Below are positions 30,840-39,591 of a stretch of 64,000 bases of DNA, in pieces. The stretch comes from Armatimonadota bacterium (lineage in GTDB: Bacteria; Sysuimicrobiota; Sysuimicrobiia; Sysuimicrobiales; Humicultoraceae). Location: positions 19,303 through 83,302 of the forward strand of contig JBBIOM010000007.1 in the NCBI GenBank assembly GCA_037443365.1, given 5' to 3'. Numbering within the stretch: position 1 is the stretch's first letter; each line of letters starts with the position of its first letter. The notes below the pieces were generated by a model. The model was not told where the DNA came from, ran no database searches, and saw nothing but the letters and a program-made list of their open reading frames with translations. The translations under genes were made by a program, and so were the position numbers.

Positions 30840-30863
30840 CTTGATCCTCCCAACGAAAGTGTG

Positions 30864-30890
30864 TTAGCACTCTCCACCGGAAAGTGCTAA
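30864..30890 (-). promoter_or_regulatory. CIRCE operator (HrcA binding site)
   Basis: TTAGCACTC-N9-AAGTGCTAA is one mismatch from the consensus TTAGCACTC-N9-GAGTGCTAA. It lies in the groEL leader, 25 nt upstream of the start. A possible TTGACG-17-TATGGA promoter lies at 30897-30925 on the minus strand. Confidence 0.85.
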
Positions 30891-31065
30891 TCCAACTCCA
30901 TATTGTTCAGGACCGGCAGCGTCAACGCAAGAATGGAGCCCGGGCCGTGCTGGTTGGTTTTCGGCCACTGGCTCGCAATATCTCAACGAAGTTCGCGATT
31001 TCTCCGCCTTTCGCGCCTTTTCGCCGCCAGGGGCCGGCGTTGCCGCCGGCTGCTATACTTAGGGC

Positions 31066-31806
31066 GTGTCGCGCGCTACCCGGCCTTTGCAGTCCGCCCG
31101 CTGGCTTCAGGGCGTAGTGGCGCTCTTCCTGCTGGCGGTCGGCTTCATGCTGGCGGCGCAGGTGCGGGCCCGGGAGCCCATTCGCCAGGCAGGAGCCCTG
31201 CCCTCATGGCGTCTCCCGGAGCTGGCCGTGCTCGTCCGGCAGCAGGAGGAGGCGCGGCGGCTGCTAGAGGCCGAGGTGGATGAACTCCGAAGGCGCTCAC
31301 GCGACTACGAGGCCGCGGTCATCGAAGGCCGGGGCCTCTCGCAGGCCATGGCCAGGGAGTTGACCCGCTACAGGCTTGCGCTGGGTCTGGTTCCGGTGGA
31401 AGGCCCTGGGGTCCGCGTGGTGGCCAGGGGTGGGGCTCCGGGGAAAGGCGGCATCGTGCCCGCGGGCGTCGAGGCGCAGGACCTGTCGGGCGTGGCAAAC
31501 GAGCTCTGGGCTGCGGGTGCCGAGGCCATGGCCATCAACGGCGTGCGCATCCTGGCCACCACAGGCATCCGGATGGATGAGGGCACCTTGCGCGTGGGTT
31601 CGGCGGCCGTCGCGCCTCCCTACACAATCGAAGCCATCGGTGATCCGGCCGCGCTGCAGGCAGCCTTGGCCATCCGCGGCGGGTTCGTGGAGGGACTGCG
31701 CTCGGTGGGGATTCACGTGACGGTCGCGGCCCAGGAGCGCCTGCGGATACCGGCCAGGGATGCCGTGGCGCCCCTGCGTCATGCCCGGCCCATGAGCGCC
31801 GACTGA
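31066..31806 (+). CDS. DUF881 domain protein (YlxW/YlxX-like, cell-division associated)
   Basis: It has an N-terminal TM segment, then a coiled coil (LLEAEVDELRRR), then GPGVRVV...AQDLSGVANELWAAGAEAMAINGVRI...TIEAIGDPAALQAAL, which is the DUF881 signature. Confidence 0.8.
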   Translation: MSRATRPLQSARWLQGVVALFLLAVGFMLAAQVRAREPIRQAGALPSWRLPELAVLVRQQEEARRLLEAEVDELRRRSRDYEAAVIEGRGLSQAMARELTRYRLALGLVPVEGPGVRVVARGGAPGKGGIVPAGVEAQDLSGVANELWAAGAEAMAINGVRILATTGIRMDEGTLRVGSAAVAPPYTIEAIGDPAALQAALAIRGGFVEGLRSVGIHVTVAAQERLRIPARDAVAPLRHARPMSAD

Positions 31807-32019
31807 TACCCCCAAACGGCGGCGCGGCCGCCGCCAGGTGAGCAGGGGGTTGCCCCTTCTCCTCCGGCCGGCACGGCCGCACCGTTGCCCCCGTCCTCAG
31901 AGATGCGGACCGCGCTTGGGTCAGGGGCGCTAGGCGCGTTCTTGATACGCCCCGGCCTTGCGATCCCTTCCTCTTTCGAGGCGGGGCCTCATTATATGCA
32001 TGCCCTCCCGGGCCGTCAA

Positions 32020-33198
32020 TCAGTCTCGCCCGTGCCTCTCGACCGCCAGCGCCACCGCCTCACCGCCGGCCAGGCAGGCCGCGGCCACGCCGCGCCGGCC
32101 CTCGCGGGCGGGCATCGCATGCAGGAGCGTGGTCAGGATGCGCGCGCCGCTGGCGCCTATGGGGTGCCCCATTGCCACGGCTCCACCCCGGATGTTGACG
32201 CGATCGGAGCCGATCCCGAGCTCCCGGCTTGCGGCGATCACCACCGCCGAGAACGCCTCGTTGATCTCGTAGAGGTCTACATCCTGTGCGGCCCATCCCG
32301 TCTTGGCAAGCAAGCGCCGGATCGCCTCGGCGGGCGCGATCGTGAACCACTCGGGCGCCATCGCCGCGGTGGCACCGCCGGCGATCCGGGCCAGCGGCGC
32401 CAGCCCCATGCGTCGGCTGGCCTCGCTCGAGGCCAGCACCACGGCCGCGGCGCCGTCGCTGATCGAACTCGCGTTGGCCGCGGTCACGGTGCCGTCTTCC
32501 TTGAAGGCGGGCTTCAACGCCGGTATCTTGGCGTAGTTCACTCGACGCGGCTCCTCGTCCTCGGTTACCACCGGGGCGCCGCCCCCGGGCTCGACCGGCA
32601 GAACCTCGGAGCCGAACTCGCCCGCGTCCATCGCGGCGATCGCCCGGCGGTAGCTCTGTGCGGCGAACGCGTCCTGCTCCTCCCTCGTGATCCCGCGTGT
32701 GCGGGCCAGCAGCTCGGCGCAGTTGCCCATGTGCCCGTGGCCGTAGGCGTCGTGCAGCCCGTCACGCAGGATGACGTCCACAAGAGCGCCGTCGCCGAGC
32801 CGGTACCCGGTGCGCGCCCGCTCGGCCAGATACGGGGCCGCGCTCATGTTCTCCATACCGCCGGCGACCACGACCTCGGCCTCCCCGGTCTGGATCGCCT
32901 GGCAGCCGAGCATCACGGCCTTGAGTCCCGACCCGCACATCTTGTTGACCAGCGTGGCCGGAACCGAGTCAGGCAAGCCGGCCGCCAGCGCTGCCTGGCG
33001 CGCCGGGGCCTGGCCCAGGCCCGCGCTCAGCACGTTGCCCATGATCACCTCGTCCACCGAGCCAGCCGGAACACCGGCGCGGCGCACGGCCTCGGCCACC
33101 ACGAGGCCGCCCAGCCTCGTGGCCGGGATCGCCGACAGGCCGCCCATGAACCGTCCGATCGGAGTCCGCACCGCGCTCAGGATCACCACTTCAGCCAT
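32020..33198 (-). CDS. Acetyl-CoA C-acetyltransferase (thiolase II)
   Basis: It begins MAEVVILSAVRTPIGRFMGGLS and contains NKMCGSGLKAV (active-site Cys), NEAFSAV and GGAVAMGHPIGASGARIL. I chose the start at Met 33198 within the longer ORF. Confidence 0.92.
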   Translation of the reverse strand: MAEVVILSAVRTPIGRFMGGLSAIPATRLGGLVVAEAVRRAGVPAGSVDEVIMGNVLSAGLGQAPARQAALAAGLPDSVPATLVNKMCGSGLKAVMLGCQAIQTGEAEVVVAGGMENMSAAPYLAERARTGYRLGDGALVDVILRDGLHDAYGHGHMGNCAELLARTRGITREEQDAFAAQSYRRAIAAMDAGEFGSEVLPVEPGGGAPVVTEDEEPRRVNYAKIPALKPAFKEDGTVTAANASSISDGAAAVVLASSEASRRMGLAPLARIAGGATAAMAPEWFTIAPAEAIRRLLAKTGWAAQDVDLYEINEAFSAVVIAASRELGIGSDRVNIRGGAVAMGHPIGASGARILTTLLHAMPAREGRRGVAAACLAGGEAVALAVERHGRD

Positions 33199-33265
33199 GC
33201 CGCACCTCCGCTCGATGTCCCCCACCCAGTCTACCGTGAGCACCGCGGCCCGCAAGGTGGGTTCT

Positions 33266-33295
33266 TTGACACCCCGTCTGGGGCTGATGTATAAT
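33266..33295 (+). promoter_or_regulatory. Putative sigma-70 promoter upstream of rpsU
   Basis: TTGACA (33266-33271), an 18-nt spacer, then TATAAT (33290-33295). This would give a leader of about 130 nt before rpsU. Confidence 0.55.
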
Positions 33296-33428
33296 ACGCC
33301 CGTCACAAGACCTGCCACGGTCGTTGAGGCGGCGGTCGGAAGCGGCGGCCGCGTCGGTTCTGGAGGGCAGGTTCCTCAAGCGCAGGGTGGAGGAGCCTGC
33401 TTCCTGTCTGTCTGAGGGGTGATGCGCG

Positions 33429-33605
33429 ATGGCGGAGATACGCGTGGGCAAGGACGAGAGCCTGGATGCCGCGCTGCGTCGTTTCAAGCGGCAGGTGAAG
33501 CGGTCCGGGATCCTCACCGACGCCAAGCGTCACGAGCACTACGAGACCCCGGCCCAGAAGCGGCGCCGCAAGATCGCGCGCAGCGCGAAGCGGCGGCGCC
33601 GATAG
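33429..33605 (+). CDS. rpsU: 30S ribosomal protein S21
   Basis: I translated it by hand: MAEIRVGKDESLDAALRRFKRQVKRSGILTDAKRHEHYETPAQKRRRKIARSAKRRRR, then TAG. At 58 aa it falls below the ORF-track cutoff and is therefore not listed. Confidence 0.9.
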   Translation: MAEIRVGKDESLDAALRRFKRQVKRSGILTDAKRHEHYETPAQKRRRKIARSAKRRRR

Positions 33606-33623
33606 GCGAGGCAGCCGCGCGGC

Positions 33624-34082
33624 ATGGAGGCGCCGGGGGCGATTCAGCACCGCCTGGAGGAGGATCTGAAGGCGGCGCTGCGCGCCAGGGACACGCTGCG
33701 CACCTCCACGATCCGCCTGGCGCGGGCCGCCCTCAAGAACGCCGAGATCGAGCGCCGTCGGCCCCTCAATGAGGCCGAGGTAATCGAGGTCCTCCGGCGC
33801 GAGGTGCGACGCCGGCGCGAGGCGATCGAGGCCTTCACGAGGGGCGGGCGCGACGACCTCGTCGAGAAGGAGCAGCTGGAGATGGCCGTCCTGCTGGGGT
33901 ACCTGCCGGCGCAGCTCGAGGAAGCCGAGATCCACCGGATCGTGGCCGAAGTGGTCGCGGAGGTGGGCGCGACCGGCGGCGGGGAGTTCGGGCGCGTTAT
34001 GGGTCCGGTGATGCGCCGCGTTGCCGGGCGGGCAGATGGCAGGACCGTGGAGCGCATCGTACGCGAGGCGTTGGGGTGCTAG
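33624..34082 (+). CDS. yqeY: GatB/YqeY domain protein
   Basis: It reads IQHRLEEDLKAALRARDTLRTSTIRLARAALKNAEIE...EVIEVLRREVRRRREAIEAF and follows rpsU, as in Firmicutes. Confidence 0.88.
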   Translation: MEAPGAIQHRLEEDLKAALRARDTLRTSTIRLARAALKNAEIERRRPLNEAEVIEVLRREVRRRREAIEAFTRGGRDDLVEKEQLEMAVLLGYLPAQLEEAEIHRIVAEVVAEVGATGGGEFGRVMGPVMRRVAGRADGRTVERIVREALGC

Positions 34083-34108
34083 GCGGGTCTTTGGGCGAAA
34101 GCGCGTGA

Positions 34109-34137
34109 GCCCGGGGCGGTCCCCGGGCTTTCGTGTT
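34109..34137 (+). terminator. Intrinsic terminator after yqeY
   Basis: GCCCGGGG-CGGT-CCCCGGGC followed by TTTCGTGTT. Confidence 0.6.
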
Positions 34138-34174
34138 GGCGGCCGACGCGGCCGGAAGGGGTGATCCGCGGGCA

Positions 34175-34657
34175 ATGACTGCGCCGTCGAGACGGAGGAG
34201 ACCGACCAAGCGCGCCCAGAGCGCGGGCGGCGTGGTCTACGAGCGCCAGGGCGGAGCAGTGCGCATACTGATCCTTCAGCACGAGGCCGGCAAGTGGATG
34301 CTGCCGAAAGGCACGATTGAGCCCGGGGAAGCGGCCGAGGCCGTGGCGCTGCGAGAGGTGCACGAAGAGGCGGGTCTCTCGAACGTGCGCGTGGTGGGAG
34401 ACCTGGGACAGGAGCGGTACTCGTTCTACTGGCGTACGGAAGGAGCGTTCTACGACAAGACCGTGCACTACTTCCTCCTGGAGTTCCTGGGCGGGCAGGA
34501 GACCAGGCCCCAACGCGAGGAAGGATTCGTCGCGGCGGAGTGGGTGTCGTTTGACGAGGCGCTGGCGCGGATCAAGTACAAGGAGACACGCGAGATAGTC
34601 CGCCGGGCGCAGATCGCGTTGGAAAGCCGCTTTGCGGCCGGGGAGGCAGAGGGATGA
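34175..34657 (+). CDS. NUDIX hydrolase
   Basis: The Nudix box reads GKWMLPKGTIEPGEAAEAVALREVHEEAGL. I chose ATG 34175 because the listed start at 34133 lies inside the terminator. Confidence 0.85.
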   Translation: MTAPSRRRRPTKRAQSAGGVVYERQGGAVRILILQHEAGKWMLPKGTIEPGEAAEAVALREVHEEAGLSNVRVVGDLGQERYSFYWRTEGAFYDKTVHYFLLEFLGGQETRPQREEGFVAAEWVSFDEALARIKYKETREIVRRAQIALESRFAAGEAEG

Positions 34658-35931
34658 GCAGCGAGACGGACGAGCGCGTGCGGCGTGTGCTGCAGCAGTA
34701 CTCAGACCACCTGAACCCCTCGTGGGTTCGCGGGTACAAGTTCCTGGGTGTGGAGACGCTGGAGACGGAGGCCGAGGGCGCGATCATACGGGACGCCTAC
34801 GGCCGCGAGTACCTGGACTTCGCCTGTGGCCCCGCCGTATTCATCGTGGGGCACCGTCACCCCAGGGTTGTTGAGGCCGCACGGCGCGAGCTCGACCGGA
34901 TGCCGCTCTCGGTCAGGATCATGCCTAACGAACCGATGGGCCGGCTGGCCGAGCTCCTGGCCGAGATCACACCGGGCGATCTCCAGTACGTGTTCCTCTG
35001 CAACAGCGGCGCCGAGGCGAACGAGGGCGCGATCAAGCTGGCGCGCGCCGCGACCGGGCGCCCTGAGATCATCGCGACGATAGGCGCGTTCCACGGCAAG
35101 ACGCTGGGCGCCCTCTCGATCTCAGGACGCGAGCTGTACCGCAAGCCGTTCGAGCCCCTGATCCCCGGCGTCACACATGTGCCGTTCGGGGATGCCGGGG
35201 CCGTCGCCGACAGGATAACCCCTCAGACCGGCGCCGTGATCGTGGAGCCGATCCAGGGCGAGAACGGCGTCGTGGTCCCTCCCGACGGCTACCTCCGCGC
35301 GCTGCGCGGCGTCTGCGACCGCTCTGGCGCCCTGCTGATCTTCGACGAGGTGCAGACAGGCCTGGGCCGCACCGGGAGGATGTGGGCGTGTGAGCACGAG
35401 GGCGTGGTTCCCGATATCCTCACCTCGTCCAAGGGCCTGGGTGGTGGCATCGCGCCCGTCGGCGCCTTCATCGCCCGTCCCCACCTGTGGGAGGCCATGA
35501 CCAGGCATCCATACATGCACACAACGACCTTCGGCAACCGCCTGGGGTGGGCGGCGTCCGCGGCCACCATACGCGTCATCCAGGAAGAGGGGCTGCTGGC
35601 GCGCGCCACGGTGATAGGGGATCGCCTCATGGCGGGGCTGAGGCGGGCCGCCGCGTCTGTGCCCGGGATGGTCACGGGTGTGCGCGGCCGCGGCTGCCTG
35701 GTGGGCGCGGAGTTCGCCGACGCCGACGTGGCGTTTCTGGTCCTGGCGGGGATGGTGCAGCGGCAGGTGCTGGCCTTCCACGGGATCAACCGCGGCGAGG
35801 TCATCAGGTTCGCTCCGCCCCTGATCGCCACCGACGCGCAGGTGGACCGCGCCGTGGAGGTGTTCGGCGAAGCCATGGGTGAAGCGGAGGCGCTGCTCGC
35901 CGAGCTGCGCGCCTCCTCCGACGCGTCATAG
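34654..35931 (+). CDS. Class-III (omega) aminotransferase, PLP-dependent
   Basis: It contains NSGAEANEGAIKLAR, FDEVQTGLGRTG and DILTSSKGLGGG (PLP Lys). The start overlaps the upstream stop (ATGA). Confidence 0.9.
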   Translation: MSSETDERVRRVLQQYSDHLNPSWVRGYKFLGVETLETEAEGAIIRDAYGREYLDFACGPAVFIVGHRHPRVVEAARRELDRMPLSVRIMPNEPMGRLAELLAEITPGDLQYVFLCNSGAEANEGAIKLARAATGRPEIIATIGAFHGKTLGALSISGRELYRKPFEPLIPGVTHVPFGDAGAVADRITPQTGAVIVEPIQGENGVVVPPDGYLRALRGVCDRSGALLIFDEVQTGLGRTGRMWACEHEGVVPDILTSSKGLGGGIAPVGAFIARPHLWEAMTRHPYMHTTTFGNRLGWAASAATIRVIQEEGLLARATVIGDRLMAGLRRAAASVPGMVTGVRGRGCLVGAEFADADVAFLVLAGMVQRQVLAFHGINRGEVIRFAPPLIATDAQVDRAVEVFGEAMGEAEALLAELRASSDAS

Positions 35932-36069
35932 GCCGCACCCGAAGCGGGCGACAGCGTGAGCCGTGTTGTGGACGGGTCCATGATATGCTAGTGTCTCAAT
36001 GAGCCGGATGGGACAGAGGACGAAGCAGGTGGATCAGAAACAGGAGGAACAGAAGGAGGGAACGCCATC

Positions 36070-37626
36070 GTGAGGTACCTTCCCGGGCGCGCAGTTGCGC
36101 TTGCAGTTGTTCTGGCCCTTGTTCTAATCCCGCTGATGCCCACCGCGGCGCAGCAGCCACGGCGTGGCGGCGCGCTGCGAATCGCGCACATCGGTGAGCC
36201 GCCGACGCTGGATCAGCACTGGACCACCGCGGCGATCACCGGCCACATCATGTACCACGTCAACGAGGGCCTGTTCGCGGTCAACCGCAAGTTCGAGCCC
36301 AAGCCGGTGCTGGTGGACAAGTGGACGCTCTCCCCAGACCGGATGACCTACACGTTCACCCTGCGCAAGGGGGTGAAGTTCCACAACGGCAAGGAGATGA
36401 CCAGCGAGGACGTCAAGGCGTCGCTCGAGCGGTGGGGACGCATCGCGACACGGGGCAGGGGGCTGTTCGCCAACGTGGTGTCGGTCTCGAATCCCGACGC
36501 CCTGACCGTGGTGATGAAACTGCGGGAACCGTACGCGCTGCTGCCGCTGGATCTGGGCTGGGTCGGACAGTCCGCGGTCATCTTCCCCAAGGAAGTGATC
36601 GACGAGGCCGGCACAGGCATGGTCAAGCGGTTCATCAGCACCGGCCCGTACAGGTTCGTTGAGCACCTCCCCGACCGCCACATCCGGCTTGATCGGTTTG
36701 AGGGCTACGCGGCCCGCACCGAGGATCCAGACGGCGCGACAGGCCGCAAGCACGCCTACTTCGACTCGATCTACATCATCCCGGTGCCGGATGCCGCTGT
36801 TAGAATCGCGGGCGTCAAGCGTGGCGAGTTCCACTTCGCCGAGACGATTCCGCCCGACGAGTACGACCGCCTTCGCACCGATCCCGACCTCGTGCCCTTC
36901 ATTACCGAGACGGCGAGCTGGCTCACCGCGGTCTTCAACAACAGGTCCCCGCTGATGGGCAACCGCAAGATCCGCCAGGCCTTCCAGGCCGCGCTGGATC
37001 AAGAAGCCGTCATGCGCGCCGCCTATGGCAACCCGCGCTTCTGGCGGATAGACCCCGGGCTGATGCCCAAGGAGCACTATCTCTGGACGGATGCCGGCAA
37101 GGAGTTCGTCAACCAGAAGAACCCCGAACGCGCGCGCCAGTTGCTGGCGGAGGCCGGGTACAAGGGCGAGCCCATTCGCTGGATAACGACGATGGAGTAC
37201 GTTGCCTACGGGACCGCGGCCCAGGTGGTCAAGCCGATGCTCGAGCGCGCAGGATTCGTCGTGGACCTCCAGGTTGTTGACTGGGCCACGCTCGTGGCGC
37301 GCCGCGCCCGGCCCGAACTCTGGGACGTGTTCAGCACGGCCTTCAGCTTCGTGGCCGACCCGGTGCTGTTGTTGTCGCTTCAGCCCACGTGGCCGGGCTG
37401 GTACGACAACCGTGACATGAACGCGATGATGACCCTGATGCGGCGGCACTCCGATCCGAAGGTCCGCCACGATCTCTGGAAGCGAATGCAGAAGCTCTGG
37501 TACGAGGACGCCGGCACCATCAAGTTCGGCGACTACTTCGTGCTGCACCTCTTCAGGAAGGAACTCAAGGGCTACGTGAACATACCGACGCACGTCTGGT
37601 GGAACTCGTGGCTCGATGCGCGCTAG
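36070..37626 (+). CDS. ABC transporter substrate-binding protein, family 5 (peptide/nickel type)
   Basis: It has a signal peptide, then QQPRRGGALRIAHIGEPPTLDQHWTT...FTLRKGVKFHNGKEMTSEDVKASLER. This is an SBP_bac_5 pattern. Confidence 0.9.
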   Translation: MRYLPGRAVALAVVLALVLIPLMPTAAQQPRRGGALRIAHIGEPPTLDQHWTTAAITGHIMYHVNEGLFAVNRKFEPKPVLVDKWTLSPDRMTYTFTLRKGVKFHNGKEMTSEDVKASLERWGRIATRGRGLFANVVSVSNPDALTVVMKLREPYALLPLDLGWVGQSAVIFPKEVIDEAGTGMVKRFISTGPYRFVEHLPDRHIRLDRFEGYAARTEDPDGATGRKHAYFDSIYIIPVPDAAVRIAGVKRGEFHFAETIPPDEYDRLRTDPDLVPFITETASWLTAVFNNRSPLMGNRKIRQAFQAALDQEAVMRAAYGNPRFWRIDPGLMPKEHYLWTDAGKEFVNQKNPERARQLLAEAGYKGEPIRWITTMEYVAYGTAAQVVKPMLERAGFVVDLQVVDWATLVARRARPELWDVFSTAFSFVADPVLLLSLQPTWPGWYDNRDMNAMMTLMRRHSDPKVRHDLWKRMQKLWYEDAGTIKFGDYFVLHLFRKELKGYVNIPTHVWWNSWLDAR

Positions 37627-37719
37627 CGTGGAGACGGGTCGTGCGATGGAGGGGGCCATAGCCCCCTCCATCGGGAACGCGCAGGCCTCGCGGGCCTCGG
37701 ACAGGACTCCGAGTCAACC

Positions 37720-38664
37720 ATGAGCGGATACATCGTCCGCCGGCTGATCGCCCTTCTGCCGGTGTTGCTGATAGTCGCAACCGTGGGGTTCTTCCTCATC
37801 TACCTGACGCCGGGCGACCCGGCGTCGGTCATGCTGGGTCCCGACGCCACCACCGAGGACGTGGAGAACCTCAGGCACCTGATGGGATTGGACAGGCCCC
37901 TCATCGTCCAGATCCTCCGGTGGTACGGCCGCACACTGCGGGGGGATCTGGGCTACTCGATCTTCCTGCAACGCCCGGTGGTCCAGGCGATATTCGAGCG
38001 GCTGCAGCCCACCGTGATGCTGACGCTCATGTCCCTCATCGTGGCGGTGCTCATCGGGATTCCTACCGGCGTCGTCGCCGCGGTGCGGCGCAACACCTGG
38101 GTGGACCAGGCCGCGATGGGCGTGGCGCTGCTGGGCGTGTCGATGCCCAGCTTCTGGTTCGGCCTGAACCTCATTCTGGTCTTCTCGGTGTACCTGGGGC
38201 TCTTCCCGGTGGCGGGGTACGTGCCCCTGGCCGAGTCGGTCTCCGGCGCCTTTCGGTCGTTGGTCCTGCCCGCCGTGACGCTGGGCTTCGGCGCCTCGGC
38301 GCTGATTGCGCGCATGACGCGGTCGAGCATGCTCGAGGTGCTGGGACAGGACTACATCCGGACGGCCCGGGCCAAGGGGAACCTGGAGCGGATAGTCGTC
38401 TATCACCACGCGCTCCGCAACGCCATGATCCCCACGCTGACAGTGGTGGGCCTGGCGATGGGCGGTCTTCTCGCCGGCGCCATAGTGACCGAGACGGTCT
38501 TCGCCCTGCCGGGCGTGGGGCGCCTGGTAATCTCGTCCGTGATGAGGCGCGACTACCCCGTCGTCCAGGGGGTGTTGATGTTCGTTGCGGGATCGTACGT
38601 GTTCGTGAACCTGTTGATTGACGTGCTCTACGTATACCTAGATCCGCGGATCAAGTACGCGTGA
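37720..38664 (+). CDS. ABC transporter permease (DppB/OppB-like)
   Basis: It begins MSGYIVRRLIALLPVLLIVATVGFFLIYLTPGDP and has an EAA loop (DYIRTARAKG). Confidence 0.92.
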   Translation: MSGYIVRRLIALLPVLLIVATVGFFLIYLTPGDPASVMLGPDATTEDVENLRHLMGLDRPLIVQILRWYGRTLRGDLGYSIFLQRPVVQAIFERLQPTVMLTLMSLIVAVLIGIPTGVVAAVRRNTWVDQAAMGVALLGVSMPSFWFGLNLILVFSVYLGLFPVAGYVPLAESVSGAFRSLVLPAVTLGFGASALIARMTRSSMLEVLGQDYIRTARAKGNLERIVVYHHALRNAMIPTLTVVGLAMGGLLAGAIVTETVFALPGVGRLVISSVMRRDYPVVQGVLMFVAGSYVFVNLLIDVLYVYLDPRIKYA

Positions 38665-38671
38665 GGTCGGC

Positions 38672-39574
38672 ATGAGCGAGGGAATAGTCACGACGGGTGC
38701 TCTCCCGGCGTACCAGGCGCGCTCGACGGGCGCCTGGGCCGCGGTAGTGCGCGGGCTGCGGCGGAGCAGGTCCACGGCGATAGGCGGGTGCATAGCCCTG
38801 GCCATCCTCACGATCGCCGTGCTGGCCCCGGTGTTCGCGCCCTACGATCCCATGGAGATTGAGGTCCCGCGGCGGCTGCTGGGTCCCAGTGTCACGCACC
38901 CCTTCGGCACCGACAACATGGGGCGCGATATCCTGAGCCGGGTGATCTTCGGGGCCCGGATATCGCTCGTGGTCGGGATCTTCGTGGTGTTCTGCGCCGC
39001 GACAGCGGGGATAACGCTCGGCCTGACGGCGGGGTACTCCGACCGACTCGACCGGTACATCATGAGGGTCATGGACGGCCTGATGGCGTTCCCTTCGACG
39101 CTGCTGGCCATCGCGCTCATGGCCGCCCTGGGCGCCCGGCTCTCGAACGTCATCATTGCCCTGTCCATCGTCTACACGCCCAACGTCGCGCGCGTTGTGC
39201 GCAGCATCACGCTCGTGGTCCGCGAGCAGGACTACGTGCAGGCGGCCCAGGCCCTGGGTGCGCGCGACTCGCGCATACTCTCCCGCCACATACTGCCCAA
39301 CTGCCTGCCCCCCGTGATTGTGCAGGGCACCTTCATCTTCGCGCAGTCGGTGCTTGCCGAGGCCGCCCTGAGCTTCCTGGGCGTGGGCCTACCCCCGTAC
39401 ATACCGAGCTGGGGGACCGTCATAACCACCGGGCGAATGTTCATGCAGACCGCACCCTGGATCACCATATTCCCAGGGGTGGCTATCCTCGTGACGGTGC
39501 TGGGCCTGAACCTGCTGGGCGACGGGCTCAGGGACCTGGCAGACCCAAGGCTGCGTGGACGGCTCGGCCAGTAG
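38672..39574 (+). CDS. ABC transporter permease (DppC/OppC-like)
   Basis: It contains HPFGTDNMGRDILSRVIFGARISL and QDYVQAAQALGARDSRILSRHILPN. Confidence 0.92.
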   Translation: MSEGIVTTGALPAYQARSTGAWAAVVRGLRRSRSTAIGGCIALAILTIAVLAPVFAPYDPMEIEVPRRLLGPSVTHPFGTDNMGRDILSRVIFGARISLVVGIFVVFCAATAGITLGLTAGYSDRLDRYIMRVMDGLMAFPSTLLAIALMAALGARLSNVIIALSIVYTPNVARVVRSITLVVREQDYVQAAQALGARDSRILSRHILPNCLPPVIVQGTFIFAQSVLAEAALSFLGVGLPPYIPSWGTVITTGRMFMQTAPWITIFPGVAILVTVLGLNLLGDGLRDLADPRLRGRLGQ

Positions 39575-39591
39575 GCGGCAGGGCTTCACCT

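Noticed and set aside
30884-31283. ORFs of 77 and 126 aa upstream of groEL, as a possible groES.
   Set aside because: They are on the wrong strand for an operon with groEL, and their translations (Arg/Ala/Pro-rich) bear no resemblance to GroES.
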